Origin: Lepidodermella squamata
Lineage: Eukaryota; Animalia; Gastrotricha
Direction: 5' to 3'
Assembly (NCBI GenBank): GCA_047495785.1
Contig: JBLDXI010000048.1
Location: 496,001 to 560,000 of the forward strand
Length of the DNA: 64,000 nt
Shown: positions 63,681 to 64,000 of the stretch, in pieces
Layout: each line of letters opens with the position of its first letter
Numbering within the stretch: position 1 is the stretch's first letter
Translations under genes and position numbers: made by a program
The notes under the pieces: model-generated
The model's database searches: none
Told to the model about the DNA's origin: nothing
What the model saw: only the letters and a program-made list of their open reading frames with translations

Positions 63681-64000
63681 TAGAGAGGACATTATTATCG
63701 ATGAAAAACAAAAACGCCGAAATCGGTAAGAATCTTTTATGCTCAAGTTTCGAATAATTCAAAGACAATTTAGCACAAATAAATTAGCAATAAACTTTTA
63801 ACGGACAACTTTTGCAATCGAAGTAATGGTGAAAACGTTTTCAGCTTTCTAGATTTACAGTGTCCCAGAAGTTGTACAACTGGTTTTTAATTTAGCAACT
63901 TTTTGTAGGAAATTCAACTAATTGTTTTACATTGAACCTATCGAGAGAATATTCCATCTTTTATCCGCGATTTAACCGAAAAATCCCATTAACAAGTGAC

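Overview
Eukaryotic invertebrate genomic DNA, AT-rich, with GT-AG introns in two size classes (about 50-60 nt, and 1-4 kb transposon-filled). A 2DBD nuclear receptor, interstitial TTAGGG and an operon-like gene pair suggest a spiralian, possibly flatworm-like, animal; this is inference. Genes reconstructed by hand from splice sites, in order: 5'-truncated CHD1/2 (+), a small orphan ORF (-), SLC49A4/DIRC2-like MFS transporter (+), NOSIP (+), a small secreted PAN/apple-like protein (+), DNA polymerase kappa (+), RPAP1 (+, starting only 131 nt after the POLK stop), an 18-exon astacin-EGF-CUB-kringle-EGF gene whose zinc and catalytic residues are all replaced (+), an orphan two-exon gene (-), a GH38 alpha-mannosidase (-), two tandem Ly6/uPAR-like GPI-anchored paralogs (-), and a nuclear receptor with two DNA-binding domains (+). 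Introns hold hAT, Harbinger, MULE and copia relics plus several TA-flanked MITEs. Most notable: the candidate POLK-RPAP1 trans-spliced operon, the highly remodelled 2DBD nuclear receptor, and the astacin pseudo-protease. All family assignments come from recognising motifs by eye; no database search was run.
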